Assembly (NCBI GenBank): GCA_002245135.1
Contig: NGBS01001233.1
Location: 1-38,974, forward strand
Origin: Proteromonas lacertae
Lineage: Eukaryota
Length of the DNA: 38,974 nucleotides
Direction of reading: 5' to 3'
Shown piece by piece: positions 35,101-38,974 of the stretch. The position numbers were made by a program, and so were the translations under genes. The notes below the pieces were generated by a model, which was not told the origin of the DNA, did no database searches, and saw only the letters and a program-made list of their open reading frames with translations. Positions within the stretch are counted from its first letter, which is position 1; each line of letters opens with the position of its first letter.

Positions 35101-36448
35101 ACTTAAGGCTATCAATCTGACTAATACTAGTCATTATATTTGACGATACTACATATCCATTTACAATTTCATTCAATTGAAGAGTTTTATTCTCATCCAA
35201 TATTTCATAATTAATTACTTCATTCACTTTAAATCTATCATTGTTTGACCCTGTGATCAAACTCATTATCTTCTTAATATTACTATAATAACATTTTTTC
35301 ATATATTTTGTATAGTCTTGATTTGATTCATAAACTACTATCTTTTCATTTTCATTGTATAGTTTAAATTCATATTTATCGCCATTTTTTGTACCAACAT
35401 CCATAAGTTGTCCTTTTTCAATAATACCTTTTAAAAATTCATAATAATTTTTAATATCATTTTCATATCCTTTAATCTCTTCTTCACTTTTTTCTATATC
35501 ATTTTTAAGTTTGTCTATTTCCTGATTCAGTGAAACTATTTTCTCTAAGTTTTGAGCATCTAATAATCTAATCAATTCTTCAATACTTCTCCTTTCTTTA
35601 TTTAACTCTTGTAAATGTAAATAGTTCTTTTCGTCTTCATCAAATGAATAGGATAAATTCTTCTTTAATAGGAATAGTAAAACATAAATAAACGATGTTT
35701 TACCTATACCAGGCTGACCAGTCACGACTGTATTTATATTTTGACATACACTTACAAATATCACGAAACATATCATAATAACAATCTCTGATGTAAATTT
35801 TCTTCTTTGGGAATTGAAATATATTAATATCATCACCAAATTTTAAATACATCCTTGTTTCACCATCAATAACTTCATTTCTTTCATTAATTTTACTATT
35901 TTCTACAACTGTTAAACTGTTGACTATTTTAATAAAATTATCTTCTGATTTTCTACTTTCTAGTGGTTCATCAATATCCAAGAATTGAATACCATCATTT
36001 TTATCAAACAAAACGAATAAAGGATATATTGGGCTAGCTATACCTTCCAATCTACATAGAACATGATCATCTTCCTTACCATCTTCTTTAATTGACATTG
36101 TATGTCCTTCCATATCGTATATTATTTGATATATTGCACCTTCTGTCAAACTGCTTATTGCTACTTCAAGTATTCCCTTATTATCTATCGGATCGGCTGA
36201 TAGGTGTGTTTTGATTAACTTTACCATTTTAGAGCAATTTAAGTTTTTTGCTGATTGAGAATACCCTATTCCAAGCTTTTCTTTTACTTTATACACTTGT
36301 ATTCTGATCTTGCACACCCTTCCAACTCTTTTTGATAAATACCTATTTTTAATAAACTTGAATTGTTTTGGTTTAACAATTCCCTGGTTCTTAGAAATGA
36401 CACTTCTTTATCATCAATTTCTGGCAAACAGTCTAAAATAGAACTCAT
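32171..36448 (-). pseudogene. Crinkler/RHS-type (CR) protein: SPRY-like domain, NTPase 1 with coiled-coil insert, S/T linker, NTPase 2, restriction-endonuclease-fold domain; multiple frameshifts
   Basis: NTPase 1: IYIRDCY, GQPGIGKT, IIIVD, ISSPD, YGNNPR. NTPase 2: LMRKCF, GQKKIGKS, VVSDG, MYIPPFTIEE, YGGI. REase: GNLYE..FPDID..IQITVSDKH. Intron 33787-33817. Start uncertain (36448 or 36596). Confidence 0.75.
34972..35029. repeat. 21-nt coding tandem repeat, about 2.8 copies (NASLDKI heptad)
   Basis: TATCTAATGAAGCATTTATCT repeated exactly. Confidence 0.9.
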
Positions 36449-36830
36449 TTATCTAAATAATAAGAATGAATAATAATAAATACCGTATTTTGAATAATAA
36501 TGGAGATATAAACAATAGTTTATTTGAAAGAAGAACCAATGAAATAAGTCCAACAAATAACCAATGAATTTTGTAATTAAATTGATTTATTTGCATGTTT
36601 AGCATTTCAAACATATACAGGCAGATTACAATATAAAAAATTCATTTAAGAATAACAGATAGTATGTTTGAATATAGTAGCAGATATGGGGGAAGGTGGA
36701 TTTGATTGGCAATCTTCTATAATACCTCAAAAAATATATTTACCATTGAGAAGTAGATTAATAATAAAAAATTAATTCTTCTTGTTTCTCTTGTATTGTT
36801 GGTTTTGATTATCACTCTCAGTTCTTCTTT

Positions 36831-37476
36831 TCATCGGAGCAGGTGTTGTTGTACTGGAATAATATCATAATCTGCAGGTTGTGTATACATATTCTCCAAA
36901 TCTATGTCATCTAAATCCTGATTCTCAGCACACTGATCATCATCCTCATTCTCATTCTCCTTCTCAAGTTTTTGCTCAAATTTCTTGATACTACTATGCA
37001 CTTCAAATTTTGGGATAATAGTGTATTTTTCTTTATCCTTCTTATCTAATACAGTTATCTGTCTAATTCTCAAATCACACTGACACTCATAAAAATAAAT
37101 AACTTGGAGGATCTTTAATCTTGTTTAACCATGCCCAGAATCTGACAGTGTTATTATCGTTGTCTTCAGGAAATATCACTTGAAAGCCACATTTCTTATA
37201 GTCTTTAACCATATTTGAGTCATCTGTATACTTGATGGCATAATCCACAAACATTTTTTTCAAAGGCTCCTTTACATCTTGATAATAATTTTTAATAGGT
37301 CTTCTGTTCTTAAATAAGAACCTTCCTGGAGTAAAACTCATGATATAGTACTTTGCATCTTCAATCTTTTCTGTATTTGGTTCAGCTTCATTACACCATC
37401 CTTTTACAGTTAAATAAGTAACATCTCTATCATCTAATGTGATAAAATTAGATCCATTATTGATATTTGAACTCAT
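36831..37476 (-). pseudogene. Hypothetical protein with acidic tail, 1-nt frameshift near 37090
   Basis: ORFs 37087..37587 and 36831..37073 join (PSYLF-YECQCDLRIR) if one T is removed from a T run. No family recognised. Confidence 0.4.
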
Positions 37477-38002
37477 GCCGCTAAAATGAATATTATATAT
37501 CCGTTTCACACAAAAAGATTTATGCGGTTTGAATATGTTTGATACATTTGGAGCGGTTATACAAATTACCGCGCATACAATGAACATGTGTAAATTGTAT
37601 AGTTTGGTTACACAAGCTTATTTGATAGATTCCATTTTTTTTTAATTATATCATATCATTACACTCAAGTATGTCAGACAATCAAAAGATACTTCAGAAA
37701 ATTAAGGACTTTAGATTATTGTGATTACATGCCATTCGAAGAAGCTCGAAATAGATTCTGGGAGCGTATGGAGCAATTAGACCCTAATGGAAGTAATGCT
37801 TTATCTAAAGAGTATAATCGATTTTTTAAAGAATTTTAATCAAGAAAGAGAAGAAATAATGAGAAGTAATTATAATAATTATAATAATAGTAACCATTAA
37901 TTAATTAATTAATTACGGTCTATAGTATTCTCTTTTTGATATGACTCCCACAAAATTTACAAAGACAATGATACACGTTCCATATTAACCGCTCATACTC
38001 AT

Positions 38003-38457
38003 CTAACTCCCTCTCAAAATGCACCAACTCATAGTATCTTTCAAACATAATTTTATAGCATCATCTACTCTATTACTCACCTCTATACAATCTTCTACAC
38101 TGAGATTAAAAAATCTTGTTTGAATTCTATAATGAGTTAGAGATTCTTTAAAAATTTCTAAAATATGCTGAATTTGAGTTATATTGAATTTCACACGTGG
38201 TAAACTCTCTTCACCAATTGGTAATGCTAAACAGCATGTCCTCACAATCACATATTGCTCTCTCACTATGCTCCAAAACATCTAAATTAGCTTTATATGT
38301 ATGCACATCCATTTTCTTTACATCTTTCTCATTGAATAGGCATACTGGTTTTTACAGCATCTTCAATCGGTAATGCTCTTTCTAATTCAGTGAAATCTAG
38401 AGGTTTAACAATACTTTTAGGTGAGTCAGTATGTTGTAATGGTGGTATAGCGTTCAT
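38003..38457 (-). pseudogene. Hypothetical protein, interrupted
   Basis: ATG 38457 (MNAIPPLQHTDSPK...) followed, after an interruption near 38285, by ORF 38003..38281. Confidence 0.3.
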
Positions 38458-38516
38458 GATAAGCAAAAAAAAAATTAATTAAAAAAATAAAGTAATTACG
38501 TTTAATCACTTAACAC

Positions 38517-38974
38517 TTAAAGATCTTCTAAATCTTCTTCTTTATCAAGGTTTTTTGAATCGTCACATTGCATGTTTGGCTTGATCAAATGCTTTTGTTT
38601 TTTTGATGGTACTAATTCATCTAATGATTCAGATATAGCATTTAATAATTTTCTCTTGATGATGTGTATCTTATTATCATGTCATTCACAATTTCAGGAA
38701 TATCATATACATCATACCATTGATCATTATCGCTATCATAATCATCCTGCTCCATATTCGATTCAGCGTCATTTTCATCTTCACTATATGCAATGAAATC
38801 CTTTAAATTACATTACTATCATCACTTGCATTTGGATCATCTTCAGGATCATAGTCATCAGAGTCATCGTCAGTACATTCTGCTTCTCCATACAAGTACT
38901 TATACACATTATCTAAATAATCATTCTCTCTTTTTCTTTTTTGACTGAATCGCATTTTCTTATCTTCTAAATTT
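38517..38974 (-). pseudogene. Highly acidic hypothetical protein, 5'-partial, frameshifted
   Basis: KRKKR, TDDDSDDYDPEDD, KDFIAYSEDENDAE and LDKEEDLEDL* spread over several frames. Confidence 0.35.

Noticed and set aside
232..38796. Small antisense or shadow ORFs in the track (e.g. 232..438, 2014..2247, 2955..3200, 3411..3710, 11450..11671, 21061..21249, 27005..27220, 27801..28046, 34915..35106, 38572..38796)
   Set aside because: They overlap better-supported genes on the opposite strand and have low-complexity translations.

Overview
AT-rich eukaryotic DNA, most likely from a protist. It uses the standard code and has several 25-31 nt GT..AG introns and GU-rich TGTNTGTT boxes after some stops, which tentatively suggests a Blastocystis/Proteromonas-type host. 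The window has three parts. (1) 1-7.5 kb: visibly GC-richer, virus-like DNA encoding a tandem Zn-finger protein and a fibre-like protein (coiled coil, Cys repeats, beta-rich head). A highly structured non-coding block follows, including a 167-nt hairpin whose mismatches become G-U pairs only on the minus strand. (2) 8.2-21.4 kb: a dense cluster of about 10 nearly intronless glycan synthesis and modification genes, most with N-terminal signal anchors: two FkbM methyltransferases, a GT-D/DUF1792 enzyme, GT92, an OafA-type O-acetyltransferase, two fucosyltransferase-like enzymes and three GT2/GT-A enzymes. (3) 21.4-39 kb: decayed transposons (Polinton-type integrase, Ginger-like integrase-Ulp1 element, MULE DNA-binding domain, hAT 3' end), host gene fragments, GC-rich hairpins, and a frameshifted Crinkler/RHS-type gene (SPRY-like, NTPase, NTPase, REase). 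Many frameshifts lie in homopolymers, so assembly error cannot be excluded. All family calls come from motifs recognised by eye; no searches were run.
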